Assembly (NCBI GenBank): GCA_963776245.1
Contig: CAVZLN010000003.1
Span: 864,001 to 928,000 of the forward strand
DNA: 64,000 nt
Direction of reading: 5' to 3'
DNA from: Candidatus Eiseniibacteriota bacterium
GTDB taxonomy: Bacteria; Eisenbacteria; RBG-16-71-46
The notes beneath the pieces were generated by a model. That model saw only the letters and a program-made list of their open reading frames with translations. It ran no database searches and had not been told where the DNA came from. This document shows, one piece after another, positions 47,387-58,279 of the stretch. Every line of letters begins with the position of its first letter. Position 1 is the stretch's first letter. The translations under genes and the position numbers were made by a program.

Positions 47387-49011
47387 GTCTCGGTCGGGGT
47401 GGCGATCACGGCCAGCATGCTCTCGCGGTGCCCGTCGAGCATCCGGCCGGCGGGGGCGAGCGAGCGCCACCAGGCGACGGCGAGCGCCAGCACCAGGGCG
47501 CCGGGCACCAGCACGCCCGCCAGCGTGCGCGCGTCCGGCGGCGCCAGCGCGCGCGCCCCCCAGCGCGCCAGCGCGAACGCGCCGAGGGTGGCGAACAGCG
47601 CGATCGTGTGCACCAGGTTCGACAGCACGGACGCCCCCGAGGAGGTGCGACCGCGCCGGTCGGCGCGCGCCGGGTGCTGGATCGAGCTGACGTGCCCCAT
47701 CATCATGCCCACCAGCATGAGCGCCGCGCCCCACACCACGACCTCGATGCACAGCAGCGCGCCCGCGTCGCCGTTCGCGACCGTGAGTCCCACCAGCGTC
47801 ACCCCCAGGCACACTGCGAACTGCAGCGAGACGGCGAGGTCCTTGGCGAGCAGCAGCGCGCGGCTCTCGAGCGGCAGCAGGAACAGCAGTCGCAGGCCTT
47901 CGCGCTCCTGGCCGAACAGGCTGCCCGTGAACCCCTGCACCTGCATCGAGAGCATCATCGCCACCCACGGTCCCATCGCGGGGACGTCGCGGCCCGCCAT
48001 GGCGCGGAACATCACCGCCACGAACACCGAGAACACCAGCATCGCGAACATCTGCGGGCCGCGCCGCGCGAGCGTCACCTCGCGCTCGAGCAGCAGGGCG
48101 AGCGGCGCGGGCAGCAGCCGGCGCCACGGGCGCGGTCCGCCGGGCGCTCCGGCCGCGCGCTCGCGCGGCGCGCGAACGGATGAGGTGGTCTCGCGTCCGA
48201 GCGCCAGCCGGTGGGCGAGCCGCCAGCCGCACTCGATCAGCAGCGCGAGCAGCGCGAGCGCGAGCCCGGCGCCGATCGCGGCGTGGAGCCAGCGGCCCTC
48301 GAGCGCACCGGTCGCGAGCCACGCGGGCCACGCCGCGGTGGGCAGCGCGCGCTCGGCGAGGCGCGCGAGGTGCTCGAGACGCGCCGGCAGCGTCGGGCCC
48401 GCGGCCTCCATCAGGTGCTGCACGCGGTCGCGCGCCCCGAGGTACACGAGATAGCCCGACATGCCCACCACCGTGGCGAGCCCCTCGTGGAGCAGGCGCA
48501 GCATGCGGTGGTGACGCATCGCGCTCACCAGCGCGAGCAGCAGCTGGAGCAGCGCGGCGGTGAGCGCGGCCAGCAGCAGCACCGCGAGCGCCGCCGCCAC
48601 GCCCGCGAGCGGCCCGCCGCGCGCCGCCGCGCCGAGCACGGCGCCGCTGAGCGCGGGCAGCACGAACAGCGCAGGCAGCTCGGTGACCGACATCACCACG
48701 CTCGACAGGTGGAGGGTGCGCGGGTGGATGGGGAAGCGCAGCATGCGGCGCAGGTCGAACGCCTCGCCCCACGCGTTCATGATGAGCACCAGCACCACCC
48801 ACGCGGCCTGCGCGCCCGCGAAGGTGAGCATCAGCGCGGGCGCGCCGAGCGTGCGCACGCCCGTGAACGCGAGCGAGGCGGCGCCGAGCCACAGGGGCGC
48901 GGCGGCGAGCGCGAAGATCGACAGCAGCGCGATCGTGGCGACGCGCCGCTCCACCGGGATGCCGCGCCACCACAGCCGGCCCTTGAGCGCGAGCAGGCTG
49001 CGCAGCGTCAT
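47380..49011 (-). CDS. ABC exporter permease (about 12 TM)
   Basis: From ATG 49011 MTLRSLLALKGRLWWR; two TM blocks; FGQEREGL..LFLLP motif; coupled to the ATPase gene. Confidence 0.8.
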   Translation of the reverse strand: MTLRSLLALKGRLWWRGIPVERRVATIALLSIFALAAAPLWLGAASLAFTGVRTLGAPALMLTFAGAQAAWVVLVLIMNAWGEAFDLRRMLRFPIHPRTLHLSSVVMSVTELPALFVLPALSGAVLGAAARGGPLAGVAAALAVLLLAALTAALLQLLLALVSAMRHHRMLRLLHEGLATVVGMSGYLVYLGARDRVQHLMEAAGPTLPARLEHLARLAERALPTAAWPAWLATGALEGRWLHAAIGAGLALALLALLIECGWRLAHRLALGRETTSSVRAPRERAAGAPGGPRPWRRLLPAPLALLLEREVTLARRGPQMFAMLVFSVFVAVMFRAMAGRDVPAMGPWVAMMLSMQVQGFTGSLFGQEREGLRLLFLLPLESRALLLAKDLAVSLQFAVCLGVTLVGLTVANGDAGALLCIEVVVWGAALMLVGMMMGHVSSIQHPARADRRGRTSSGASVLSNLVHTIALFATLGAFALARWGARALAPPDARTLAGVLVPGALVLALAVAWWRSLAPAGRMLDGHRESMLAVIATPTETG

Positions 49012-49793
49012 GCGCCCAGCCAGTCGAGCGCGCCGGAGACCGGCGGGCGCGCGCCGACGTGCGCGAGGAACAGCGCCTCGAGCGAGCGCTCGGTGCCGTC
49101 GGGGCCGCGGCGCAGGTCGTCGAGCGCGCCGTGCGCCACCAGCCGCCCGGCGGCGATGATGCCGACATGCGTGCACAGGCGCTCGACCACCTCGAGCACG
49201 TGCGAGGTCAGGAACACGGTCGTGTGCCCGCTCGCCACCAGGCGCTGGAGCAGCTCGCGGATGTGCACGCTCGCCACCGCGTCGATGCCCTCGAACGGCT
49301 CGTCGAGGAACAGCAGGCGCGGATTGTGGATGAGTGCGCACGCGAGCCCCAGCTTCTTGCGCATGCCGTGCGAGAACTCGGCCACCTGGCGCCCGGCGTC
49401 GTCGGCCAGACCGAGGGCGGCGAGCAGTTCATCGGCGCGGCGGGCGGCGGTGGCGCGGTCGAGCCCGTACGCCTCGCCCACGAACCTCAGGTGCTCGCCG
49501 GCCTTCAGGCGCTCGAACAGGTAGAGCCCTTCGGGCACCACCCCGATGCGCCGCCGCACCTCGATCGGGTCGCGCGCCACGTCGACACCCAGCACGGTGG
49601 CGCCCCCGCTCGTGGCGGCGAGCAGCCCGGTGAGGATGTGGATGGTGGTGGACTTCCCCGCCCCGTTCGGGCCCAGGAAACCGTAGAACGCCCCGGCCGG
49701 CACCGCGAGATCGAGATCGCACACGGCGACGGTCGCGCCGAACGTTCGCGTCAGGCCGCGGGTCTCGATGGCAGGATGGGAGCCCGGGTCCAT
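49008..49793 (-). CDS. ABC transporter ATP-binding protein
   Basis: GPNGAGKST, FSHGMRKK, FLDEPFEGID and TSH motifs. Confidence 0.92.
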   Translation of the reverse strand: MDPGSHPAIETRGLTRTFGATVAVCDLDLAVPAGAFYGFLGPNGAGKSTTIHILTGLLAATSGGATVLGVDVARDPIEVRRRIGVVPEGLYLFERLKAGEHLRFVGEAYGLDRATAARRADELLAALGLADDAGRQVAEFSHGMRKKLGLACALIHNPRLLFLDEPFEGIDAVASVHIRELLQRLVASGHTTVFLTSHVLEVVERLCTHVGIIAAGRLVAHGALDDLRRGPDGTERSLEALFLAHVGARPPVSGALDWLGA

Positions 49794-49801
49794 GGCGCCT
49801 C

Positions 49802-50953
49802 CTACTCGAACTCCGCCGCGATCGGCGCGTGGTCGCTGGCGCGTCCGGGGCCGTCGAGGCCGTGCACGGTGACGCCGCGGCCGCCGCCCCAGCCGCGGCC
49901 GGCGAACCAGTCGAGGCGTAGCGCGCCGCGGCGCTCGGCCCACGCCAGCACCGGCGCGGCCGCGCGACGCACCAGCGCGGGCAGCGCGTTCACCTCGTCG
50001 AGGCGGTCGAAGCGCACCGCGAGCGTCGGGGCGAAGTCCACGAAGGGCTCCCACGCGAACCCGGCGGCGCGCAGCGCGTCGAACAGCGGTTCGTGGAACG
50101 GGCCGCGGTCGGGGCGCCGCAGGCGCGCGGCGAGCAGCGGGCCGGGCCAGGTGAGCAGCGACGCCGCGCCCGTGAACGACGAGTGCCACAGTCCGCGGTC
50201 GAAGGTGTGGGTGTTGAAGTCCCCCGCGAGCACCACCGGACGCCGCTCGTCGCGCAGCGCCGCGAGGGCCACGCGCACCTGCGCGGCGCGGTGCTCGCGC
50301 GTGCGGTGCACCTCGAGGTGCGCCGACACGGCGACGAACGGCGCGCCGGGGCGCAGCACCTCGACGATGAGCGCGACGTGGCGTCCCACCATGCGTTCGA
50401 TCCCGAACTGAAGCTCCTCGGGGCTCGGCAGCTCCACCACGCGCACGTCGCCGATCGGCCAGCGCGCGAGCACCGCGAGCCCGAACAGCGATTCCTCGTT
50501 GGCCCGCCCCGCGGCCATGCGCGGATCCTCGTCCCGGCCGGCGGTGGTCTCGAGGAACAGCGGCACCCACACGCCGTGGAGGCCGAGCGCCCTCGCGAGG
50601 TCGGCGGTCACGTCGCGGTTGCCGGCGCGCGCCATGCCGAGGTCGATCTCGTTGAACAGGCAGAGATCGGCGCCGGCGAGCTCCGGGTGGGTGAGCAGCG
50701 CGCGCTCGACCTGGTCGTACCAGTTGCCGTGCTCGATGTTCCAGTGCACCGCGCGAACCCGCGACGGATCGCGAGGGGGCGCGGGCGGCGCGGGCGGCGA
50801 GTGGCGATGCGCCGCGCCGAACAGCGCCGCGAAGCGCGGCGCGAGCGCCGGCCACACGCTCGAGGTCCGCAGCGCCCGGAGCGTGCGGAACGGCTCGACC
50901 GCGCGCTGGAGCGCGCGGCATTCGGCCAGCAGAGCGGGATCGCGGGGCGACAT
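49802..50953 (-). CDS. Endonuclease/exonuclease/phosphatase (EEP) family protein
   Basis: HWNIE, NEID.G..R, AHLE, AGDFNT, LDW and ASDHAPI motifs. Confidence 0.88.
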   Translation of the reverse strand: MSPRDPALLAECRALQRAVEPFRTLRALRTSSVWPALAPRFAALFGAAHRHSPPAPPAPPRDPSRVRAVHWNIEHGNWYDQVERALLTHPELAGADLCLFNEIDLGMARAGNRDVTADLARALGLHGVWVPLFLETTAGRDEDPRMAAGRANEESLFGLAVLARWPIGDVRVVELPSPEELQFGIERMVGRHVALIVEVLRPGAPFVAVSAHLEVHRTREHRAAQVRVALAALRDERRPVVLAGDFNTHTFDRGLWHSSFTGAASLLTWPGPLLAARLRRPDRGPFHEPLFDALRAAGFAWEPFVDFAPTLAVRFDRLDEVNALPALVRRAAAPVLAWAERRGALRLDWFAGRGWGGGRGVTVHGLDGPGRASDHAPIAAEFE

Positions 50954-50999
50954 GATGGGCTGGGTCGTTTCGCTCGTGGCCCGGCGGCAGGTGCCCGGG

Positions 51000-53113
51000 C
51001 TACCGGGTGATGCCCACCTGCGCCAGCAGGAAGGCGTAGTCGAACGCGGTGTCCCGCAGCGCGTCGTAGCGGCCGGACGCGCCGCCGTGGCCCCCGGCCA
51101 TGTTGATCTTGAACAGCAGCGGGTTCCGGTCGGTGCGCAGCGTGCGCATCTTCGCCACGTACTTGGCGGGCTCCCAGTACATCACCTGGCTGTCGTTGAG
51201 CGAGGTCTTCACCAGCAGCGCCGGATAGGCCTGGCGCGCCAGGTTGTCGTACGGGGAATACGCCCGCATCGCGTCGTACTCGGGCCGCACGGCCGGGTTC
51301 CCCCACTCCTCGTACTCGCCCACGGTGAGCGGGAGCGAGGGGTCGCTCATGGAGTTCAGCACGTCCACGAACGGCACCTGCGCCAGCGCGGCGTGGAACA
51401 GCGCGGGGCGCAGATTGAGCACCGCGCCCACCAGCAGGCCGCCGGCGCTGCCGCCCTGGATGACCAGGCGGTCGCTCGACGTGACGCGCTCCCGCACCAG
51501 GAACTCGGCGCAGGCGATGAAGTCGGTGAAGGTGTTCATCTTCTCCAGCATGCGCCCGTGGTCGTGCCACGCCTTGCCCATCTCGCCGCCGCCCCGCACG
51601 TGCGCGATGGCGTACGACATGCCGCGCTCGAGCAGGCTCAGGCGCGCCGGGCTGAAGGAGGCGCTCATCGAGATGCCGTACGAGCCGTAGCCGTACAGCA
51701 GCAGCGGCGCCGAACCGTCGCGCCGCAGGTCGGCGCGGCGCACCAGCGAGATCGGGATGCGCGTGCCGTCGCCGGCCGTCGCCCACAGGCGCTCGACCAC
51801 GTAGCGCGACGGGTCGAAGCCGCCCTGCACCGGCGTGCGCTTGAGCAGCGTCTGCCGGCGCGAGTCGAGGTCGTAGTCGTACACCGACAGCGGGGTGATG
51901 AACGAGGTGTACTGGTAGCGCAGCGTGGCGGTGTCCCACTCGGCGTTCGCCGCGCCGTGCACCGCGTACGCGGGCTCCGGGAAGGCCACGCGGTGCGTGG
52001 CGCCGGTGCGCAGGTCGGTGACCTCGAGCTGCTGCAGGCCCTCGGCGCGCAGCCACAGCACGCGGTGCTGCGCGAACAGGTCGAGGCCTTCGATCATCAC
52101 GTCAGGGCGGTGCGGGATCTCCTCCCGCCAGTGGGCGGCGCCGGGTGCCGTGACCGGTGCCGAGACCAGGCGGAAGTTGCGGCCGGTGTCGTTGACGCGG
52201 ATCCAGAAGCGGTCGCCGCGGTGGTCGGCGTAGTACTCGCGCCCGGCCACGCGCGGCTCCGATCAGGACCCACGCGGCGTCCGGGGTGGCGGCGTCGAGC
52301 ACGCGCACCTCGGAGGTGGTGGGCTCGCGGTGGTCAGGAACAGGTAGCGGCGGCTGCGCGAGCGCTCGCACGACACGCTCGAAGCGCTCGTCCGGCTCGT
52401 CGTAGCACCAGCACGTCGCTCTCCGCCGGCTCGCCGAGGCGATGGCGGTAGAGCCGGTCGACTGGCGCTTGGCCGCGTCCTCGACGGTGTAGAAGAGCGT
52501 GCGGTTGTCGGCCGCCCAGGCGACGTTCGCGCGTCTTCTCGATCGACTCGGGCCCGTGCGCGCCGGTGGCCAGGTCCTTCACGTGGAGCACGTACTGGCG
52601 GAAGCCGGTGGTGTCGAGCGAGTAGGCGAGGAAGCGCCCGTCGTCGCTGACCGTGGCGTCGTGCACCGCGACGAACGCGGTGCTCCCGGCCGATCTCGTT
52701 GAGATCGAGCATGACCTGCTCGGGCGCGTCCGCGCCGTGCCTGCGGCAGCAGGATGGGGTACTGGAGCCCCTCCACGGTGCGCGAGTAGTAGAGCCAGCC
52801 GTCCTTGCGGGTAGGGCACCGACAGGTCGGTCTGCTCGATGCGCCCGAGGATCTCCTGGTAGAGCGCCTCGCGGAAGCCCTCGAGCGGCCGGGTCACCGC
52901 GTCGGCGTAGGCGTTCTCGGCCTCGAGGTGGGCGGTCACCTCGGGGCTCGTCTTCTCGCGCATCCAGTAGTAGTCGTCCGGGCGCGTCTCGCCGTGGAGG
53001 GTGGTGGGGTGCGGCACCCGGCGCGCGACCGGGGGCGTGGGGCCGGGATCGAACGACTGGGCGGAGGCGGGGGCGGTCATGAGCAGTCCGAGTGCGAGAA
53101 CGAGTGGGCGCAT
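51000..53113 (-). CDS. ptrB: Oligopeptidase B (S9A), several frameshifts at about 52250-52815
   Basis: DDYYWMRE...HLEAENAY N-terminus; YGYGSYG, HVRGGGE, GGSAGG (Ser), NDSQV (Asp) and GGHGG (His). Confidence 0.9.
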
Positions 53114-53185
53114 GGCATTGGGCCTTCGACCGGGTGGCGGCCTTCGATGTGTGCGCGACGGCGGGGGGCGCGGCGACCGGCCGTC

Positions 53186-53215
53186 AACCTAGGCGCGCGA
53201 CGCGCGGCGCGTCAA
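53186..53215 (-). promoter_or_regulatory. Sigma70 promoter of ptrB operon
   Basis: TTGACG-N18-TAGGTT on the minus strand. Confidence 0.55.
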
Positions 53216-53400
53216 CCGTCCGGGGCGCCCGGGGCCCGGGCGGGTGTCGCATCGAAGCCCGCGCCCCGGCATCCAATAGCGCACCGCCGTCGCGCCCGCG
53301 GCTCGCGCCCGGTACACTGCCGCGCGCGAGCCGCCCTCATGACCCGCCCCGCCGGCGCCGCGCCGGGGCGCCACCACCATCCTTCGGGAGCACCCGCACG

Positions 53401-54903
53401 ATGTCGCGTCCCCGCACCTTCGGAGAGCTCAAGGCCTCCCGCTACCGCCCGCGCCCGGTCAAGGACGAGCTGCGCGCCAACCTGATCGAGCGGCTGCGCG
53501 CGGGCGGCCCGCTGTTCCCCGGCATCGTGGGATACGAGCACACCGTCGAGCCGCAGATCGTCAACGCCCTGCTCTCGCGCCACGACTTCATCCTGCTCGG
53601 GCTGCGCGGCCAGGCCAAGACCCGCCTGCTGCGCGCGCTGTCGCGCTTCCTCGACGAGTGGGTGCCCGAGATCGCAGGCTGTCCGCTCCACAGCGACCCG
53701 TTCCTGCCGCTCACCCATCACGCGCGCCTCCAGCTCGACAGTCACGGCGACGCCACGCCGATCGCGTGGATCCACCGCGACGCGCGCTACCAGGAGAAGC
53801 TCGCCACCCCCGACGTGACCATCGCCGACCTGATCGGCGACATCGACCCGATCAAGGCGGCGACCCAGCGCCTCGACTACTCGGACGAGCGCGTCATCCA
53901 CTACGGCATCATCCCGCGCAGCAACCGCGGCATCTTCGCCATCAACGAGCTGCCCGACCTCCAGCCGCGCATCCAGGTGGGCCTGCTCAACATCCTCGAG
54001 GAGAAGGATTTCCAGATCCGCGGCTTCCCGGTGCGGATGCCGCTCGACGTCGCCATGGTGTTCTCCGCCAATCCCGAGGACTACACCAACCGCGGCAACA
54101 TCATCACGCCGCTGCGGGACCGCATCGCATCGCAGATCCTCACGCACTATCCGCTCACCCGCGAGCAGGGGCTCGCCATCACCGCGCAGGAGTCGTGGAC
54201 CGCGCGCGACGGCGGGGTGGAGGTGGTGGTGCCGCCGTTCCTGCGCGAGCTGGTCGAGGAGGTCGCGATCCAGGCGCGCCGCAGCGAGTACGTGGACCAG
54301 AACTCCGGCGTCTCGGCGCGCCTGCCGATCGCGCTGATCGAGAACCTGGTGTCGAACGCCGAGCGGCGCGGGCTGCTGACCGGCGAGGCGCGCGTGTGGG
54401 CGCGGGTGTGCGACCTGCAGCACGCGGTGTCCGCCGTGAGCGGCAAGGTCGAACTGGTGCTCGAGGGCGAGCAGGAGGGCGCGCTCAACGTGGCGCGCGC
54501 GCTGCTCGGGCGCGGCATCAAGGCGCTGTTCGCGCAGCGCTTCCCCGACGCGTTCAAGCCGCAGCGCAAGCGCCGCGAGCCGGGCGCCGCGGCGACCGAG
54601 CCGCCCGCGACCACCGAATACCGCCCGATCCTCGAGTGGTTCTCGGCCGGCGGCAGCGTCGAGATCGCCGACGACCTCACCCAGGCGGAATACGCGAAGC
54701 GGCTGACCGCGGTGCGCGGACTGGCGCCGCTCGCGGCGAAGCACCTGGCGCCCGCGGGCGCGGAGGAGCACGCGGTGGCCATGGAGCTGGTGCTCGAGGG
54801 CCTGCACCAGAACAGCATGCTGGCGCGCGAGCGCACCGACGGCGCCGGCACGTCGTACAAGGACATGCTCAAACAGATGCTGTCCGGCATCGGGGACGAC
54901 TAG
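53401..54903 (+). CDS. AAA+ ATPase, Mg-chelatase-I/MoxR-like
   Basis: GLRGQAKT Walker A; FAINELPDL Walker B variant; SANPEDYTNRG.IITPL.DR. Confidence 0.88.
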   Translation: MSRPRTFGELKASRYRPRPVKDELRANLIERLRAGGPLFPGIVGYEHTVEPQIVNALLSRHDFILLGLRGQAKTRLLRALSRFLDEWVPEIAGCPLHSDPFLPLTHHARLQLDSHGDATPIAWIHRDARYQEKLATPDVTIADLIGDIDPIKAATQRLDYSDERVIHYGIIPRSNRGIFAINELPDLQPRIQVGLLNILEEKDFQIRGFPVRMPLDVAMVFSANPEDYTNRGNIITPLRDRIASQILTHYPLTREQGLAITAQESWTARDGGVEVVVPPFLRELVEEVAIQARRSEYVDQNSGVSARLPIALIENLVSNAERRGLLTGEARVWARVCDLQHAVSAVSGKVELVLEGEQEGALNVARALLGRGIKALFAQRFPDAFKPQRKRREPGAAATEPPATTEYRPILEWFSAGGSVEIADDLTQAEYAKRLTAVRGLAPLAAKHLAPAGAEEHAVAMELVLEGLHQNSMLARERTDGAGTSYKDMLKQMLSGIGDD

Positions 54904-54912
54904 GAGACCGCC

Positions 54913-55389
54913 ATGGCCGACGCACGGGTGCTGCTCCGCCACACGCTCGCCACGCTGGCGTACCGCAGCGGCAAGACGCTGCGCGACGCGCCGGCGGAGT
55001 TCGCCACGTTCAAGGCGGGGCCCTCCACGCGCACGCCGGTCGAGGTGCTCGCGCACATGGGCGACCTGCTGGACTGGGCGCTCTGGATGGCGCAGGGCGT
55101 CCAGCGCTGGAACGACTCCCCGCCGCTGCCGTGGGAGCGCGAGGTCGAGCGCTACTTCGCGGCGCTGGCCGCGTTCGACCACTTCCTGGGAAGCGCCGCC
55201 CCGCTCGGGTGCCCGCTCGAGAAGCTGTTCCAGGGCCCGATCGCCGACGCGCTCACGCACACCGGCCAGCTCGCCATGCTGCGGCGGCTGCAGGGCGCGG
55301 CGATCCGCGGCGAGAGCTACGCGCGCGCCGAGATCACGGTGGGACGCGTGGGTGCCGAGCAAGCGCCGCCCCGCAAGGAGTTCGACTGA
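54913..55389 (+). CDS. DinB/YfiT-like four-helix hypothetical protein
   Basis: RTPVEVLAHM...DALTHTGQLAMLRR; TAGGAG RBS. Confidence 0.7.
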   Translation: MADARVLLRHTLATLAYRSGKTLRDAPAEFATFKAGPSTRTPVEVLAHMGDLLDWALWMAQGVQRWNDSPPLPWEREVERYFAALAAFDHFLGSAAPLGCPLEKLFQGPIADALTHTGQLAMLRRLQGAAIRGESYARAEITVGRVGAEQAPPRKEFD

Positions 55390-55405
55390 GCGTGCGAGAG
55401 CGGCG

Positions 55406-56077
55406 ATGAACGGGACGCGGGAGCGGGAGGAGACGCTGGCGGGGGGCGATCCGATCGCGCTGGTGCGCGAGGGTTACGACCGCGCCTCACTGGCGTATCG
55501 CGGCGACGACGACGACCCGCGGCGCTCCGGGCACGCGCACTGGCTCGGGCGCTTCACGCCGCGGCTGAGCCCCGGCGCGCGCGTGCTCGACCTCGGGTGC
55601 GGCAACGGCATCCCGTGCGCCCGCGCGCTCGCCGGGCGCTTCGACGTCACCGGGCTCGACCTCTCGCCGGTCCAGGTCGAGCGCGCCCGCGCGCTGGTGC
55701 CGGGCGCACGCTTCGTGTGCGCCGACATGACCGAGGCGGTCTTCGAACCCGGGTCGTTCGACGCGGTGGTGGCGTTCTTCTCGATCATCAACGTGCCGGT
55801 CAGCCGGCAGCCCGCGCTCATCGCGCGCATCGCGTCGTGGCTCACACCCGGCGGCTGGGTGCTCGCCACCGTCGGCCGCCGCGCCCAGACCGGCGTCGAG
55901 TGCGACTTCCGCGGGGTCCGGGGCGTCACCATGTTCTGGAGCTACGCCGACGTCGAGGACTACCGCGCGTGGTTCGCCGCCGCCGGGCTCGCGATCGTCG
56001 AGGAGGGCGTGCAGCCGAAAGACGGCGATCCCGGCTTCGCCGTGCTCATCGCGCGGCGCGGGGAGGGCGCGGCCTGA
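55406..56077 (+). CDS. Class I SAM-dependent methyltransferase
   Basis: VLDLGCGNG, GLDLS, CADM, SFDAV and LTPGG motifs. Confidence 0.88.
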   Translation: MNGTREREETLAGGDPIALVREGYDRASLAYRGDDDDPRRSGHAHWLGRFTPRLSPGARVLDLGCGNGIPCARALAGRFDVTGLDLSPVQVERARALVPGARFVCADMTEAVFEPGSFDAVVAFFSIINVPVSRQPALIARIASWLTPGGWVLATVGRRAQTGVECDFRGVRGVTMFWSYADVEDYRAWFAAAGLAIVEEGVQPKDGDPGFAVLIARRGEGAA

Positions 56078-57168
56078 TGCGCTTCGACTACCGGAAGTGG
56101 AAGGGCCCGCGCCCCGAGGACCTCGAGTTCCTGAAGCAGATGATGGACATCTACCGCAATCTGCTGCTCCAGACCGGCGGGGACGTGGACGAGGCGCTCA
56201 AGTGGATGGAGCAGTTCGGGGAGCAGTACGGGTTCTTCAACGACAAGTTCGGCATCGACGACTTCCGCAAGCTGCTGGAGGAGTCGGGCGAGGCCCAGCG
56301 CACTCCCCAGGGCTACCGGATGACGCCGCGCGGCGAGCGCCGCATCCGCCAGGACTCGCTCAACGAGATCTTCGCGTCCCTGCAGGCCGGCGGCGCCGGC
56401 GATCACCGCACGCCGGTGGGAGGCAAGGGCGGCGAGCGCCTGAGCGAGACGCGCGCCTACCAGTTCGGCGACGACCTCGGCAACCTCGACCCGCTCGCCA
56501 CAGTGAGCAACGCGGTGCGGCGCCACGGCGTCGACGAATTGGCGCTCGAGGAGGACGACTTCGAGGTGTACGAGAGCGAGCACCTCTCGGCGTGCGCCAC
56601 CGTGCTGCTGGTGGACATCAGCCACAGCATGGTGCTCTACGGTGAGGACCGCATCACGCCCGCCAAGAAGATCGCGCTCGCGCTCACCCAGCTGATCCAG
56701 ACGCGCTACCCCAAGGACTCCCTCGACGTCGTGCTCTTCGGCGACGACGCGGCGCGGGTGAAGCCCCAGGACCTGATGCGCATCGCGGCCGGGCCCTACC
56801 ACACCAACACACGCGCCGGGCTCCAGATGGCGCGGCGCATCCTCGAGTCGCGCAAGGGCGTCAACAAGCAGATCTTCATGGTCACCGACGGCAAGCCCTC
56901 GGCGATCCACGAGCACGGGCGGCTCTACAAGAACCCGTTCGGCCTCGACCCGAAGATCGTCAACCAGACGCTCGAGGAGGCGGCGCACTGCCGCCGCAAG
57001 CGCATCACCATCACCACGTTCATGCTCGCCACCGATCCGATGCTGGTGGATTTCGTGCGGCGGCTGGCGGAGCTGAACCATGGCCGCGTGTACGAGACCG
57101 ACCTCAACGACGTCGGCTCGTACGTGTTCCGCGACTTCGTCAGGAACCGGAGGAAGCGGGTGCGGTGA
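56077..57168 (+). CDS. vWA domain protein (partner of the AAA+ ATPase)
   Basis: ATG 56077 overlaps the upstream TGA; DISHSM MIDAS, TNT and VTDGKP motifs. Confidence 0.88.
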   Translation: MRFDYRKWKGPRPEDLEFLKQMMDIYRNLLLQTGGDVDEALKWMEQFGEQYGFFNDKFGIDDFRKLLEESGEAQRTPQGYRMTPRGERRIRQDSLNEIFASLQAGGAGDHRTPVGGKGGERLSETRAYQFGDDLGNLDPLATVSNAVRRHGVDELALEEDDFEVYESEHLSACATVLLVDISHSMVLYGEDRITPAKKIALALTQLIQTRYPKDSLDVVLFGDDAARVKPQDLMRIAAGPYHTNTRAGLQMARRILESRKGVNKQIFMVTDGKPSAIHEHGRLYKNPFGLDPKIVNQTLEEAAHCRRKRITITTFMLATDPMLVDFVRRLAELNHGRVYETDLNDVGSYVFRDFVRNRRKRVR

Positions 57169-57216
57169 GGGGCAGCGCCCCGCGCGACCGGTCATTTTGC
57201 CGCCCGCGGCTCCGCC

Positions 57217-58263
57217 TCACGCGTCGCGCCTGGTCTCCGCGCGGCGGAACGCCTCGGTGATCCCCGCGGCGGTGGCGGGGACGATGCCGAACTCGGTGAC
57301 GATCCCGGCGATCAGCCCGTGCGGGGTCACGTCGAACGCGGGATTCAGCGCGCGCGTGCCGGCGGGGGCCACGCGCACGCGCGTGAGCGCGCCCGCGGCG
57401 TCGAGGCCCTCCACCGCGAGCACCTCGTCCTCGCCGCGCTCCTCGATCGGGATGTCGTCCCCGGTGGCGGTCGCGCGGTCGATGGTGGTGAGCGGCGCCG
57501 CGACGTAGAACGGCACCGCGTGCGCGCGCGCGGCCACCGCGTGGCCGTAGGTGCCGATCTTGTTCGCCACGTCGCCGTCGGCGGCGATGCGGTCGGCGCC
57601 GGTGATCACCAGGTCCACGGCGCCGCGCTGGATCAGGTGCGCGGCGGCGCTGTCGGCGATCAGCGCGTGCGCCACGCCCTCCTGCGCCAGTTCCCACGCG
57701 GTCAGCCGCGCGCCCTGCAGGCGCGGGCGGGTCTCGCCCACCAGCACGAACGGCGCGAGCCCGGCGCGCGCGGCCTTGTACACCGGCGCGAGCGCGGTGC
57801 CCCAGTCCTGGACCGCGAGCCAGCCGGCGTTGCAGTGGGTCAGCACGCGGGTGCCGGGGCGGAACAGCGCGAGGCCGTGCGTGCCGATGGCCTCGGCGGC
57901 CGCGACCTCGGCGTCGTCGTACGCGCGCGCGGCGGCGAGCATGGCATCGGCGTCGGGCGCCGCGCGGCGCACCGCCTCGAGCCCGCGCTTCAGGTTCACG
58001 GCGGTGGGGCGGGTGGCGAGCAGGCGCGCGAACGCTTCGGCCAGCGGCTCGCCGCGCCGCGCCGCCAGCGCCAGCCCGTAGGCCGCGCACACGCCGATCG
58101 CGGGCGCGCCCCGCACGCCCATGTCGGCGATGGCGCGCGCCACCTCGTCCACGGTGCGCGCCACGCCGATCTCGAACGCGTGCGGCAGGCGCCGCTGGTC
58201 GATGAAGCGGACCGCGCCGTCCTCCCACCACAGCGCGCGCCGGTCGCGGCCGTCGACCTTCAT
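57217..58263 (-). CDS. mtnA: Methylthioribose-1-phosphate isomerase
   Basis: DQRRLP, VRGAPAIG, TRPTAVNL, THCNAG, ETRPRLQGARLT, GADRIA..GD.ANKIGT and NPAFDVTP motifs. Confidence 0.93.
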   Translation of the reverse strand: MKVDGRDRRALWWEDGAVRFIDQRRLPHAFEIGVARTVDEVARAIADMGVRGAPAIGVCAAYGLALAARRGEPLAEAFARLLATRPTAVNLKRGLEAVRRAAPDADAMLAAARAYDDAEVAAAEAIGTHGLALFRPGTRVLTHCNAGWLAVQDWGTALAPVYKAARAGLAPFVLVGETRPRLQGARLTAWELAQEGVAHALIADSAAAHLIQRGAVDLVITGADRIAADGDVANKIGTYGHAVAARAHAVPFYVAAPLTTIDRATATGDDIPIEERGEDEVLAVEGLDAAGALTRVRVAPAGTRALNPAFDVTPHGLIAGIVTEFGIVPATAAGITEAFRRAETRRDA

Positions 58264-58279
58264 CGCGCCGCCCCGCGCC

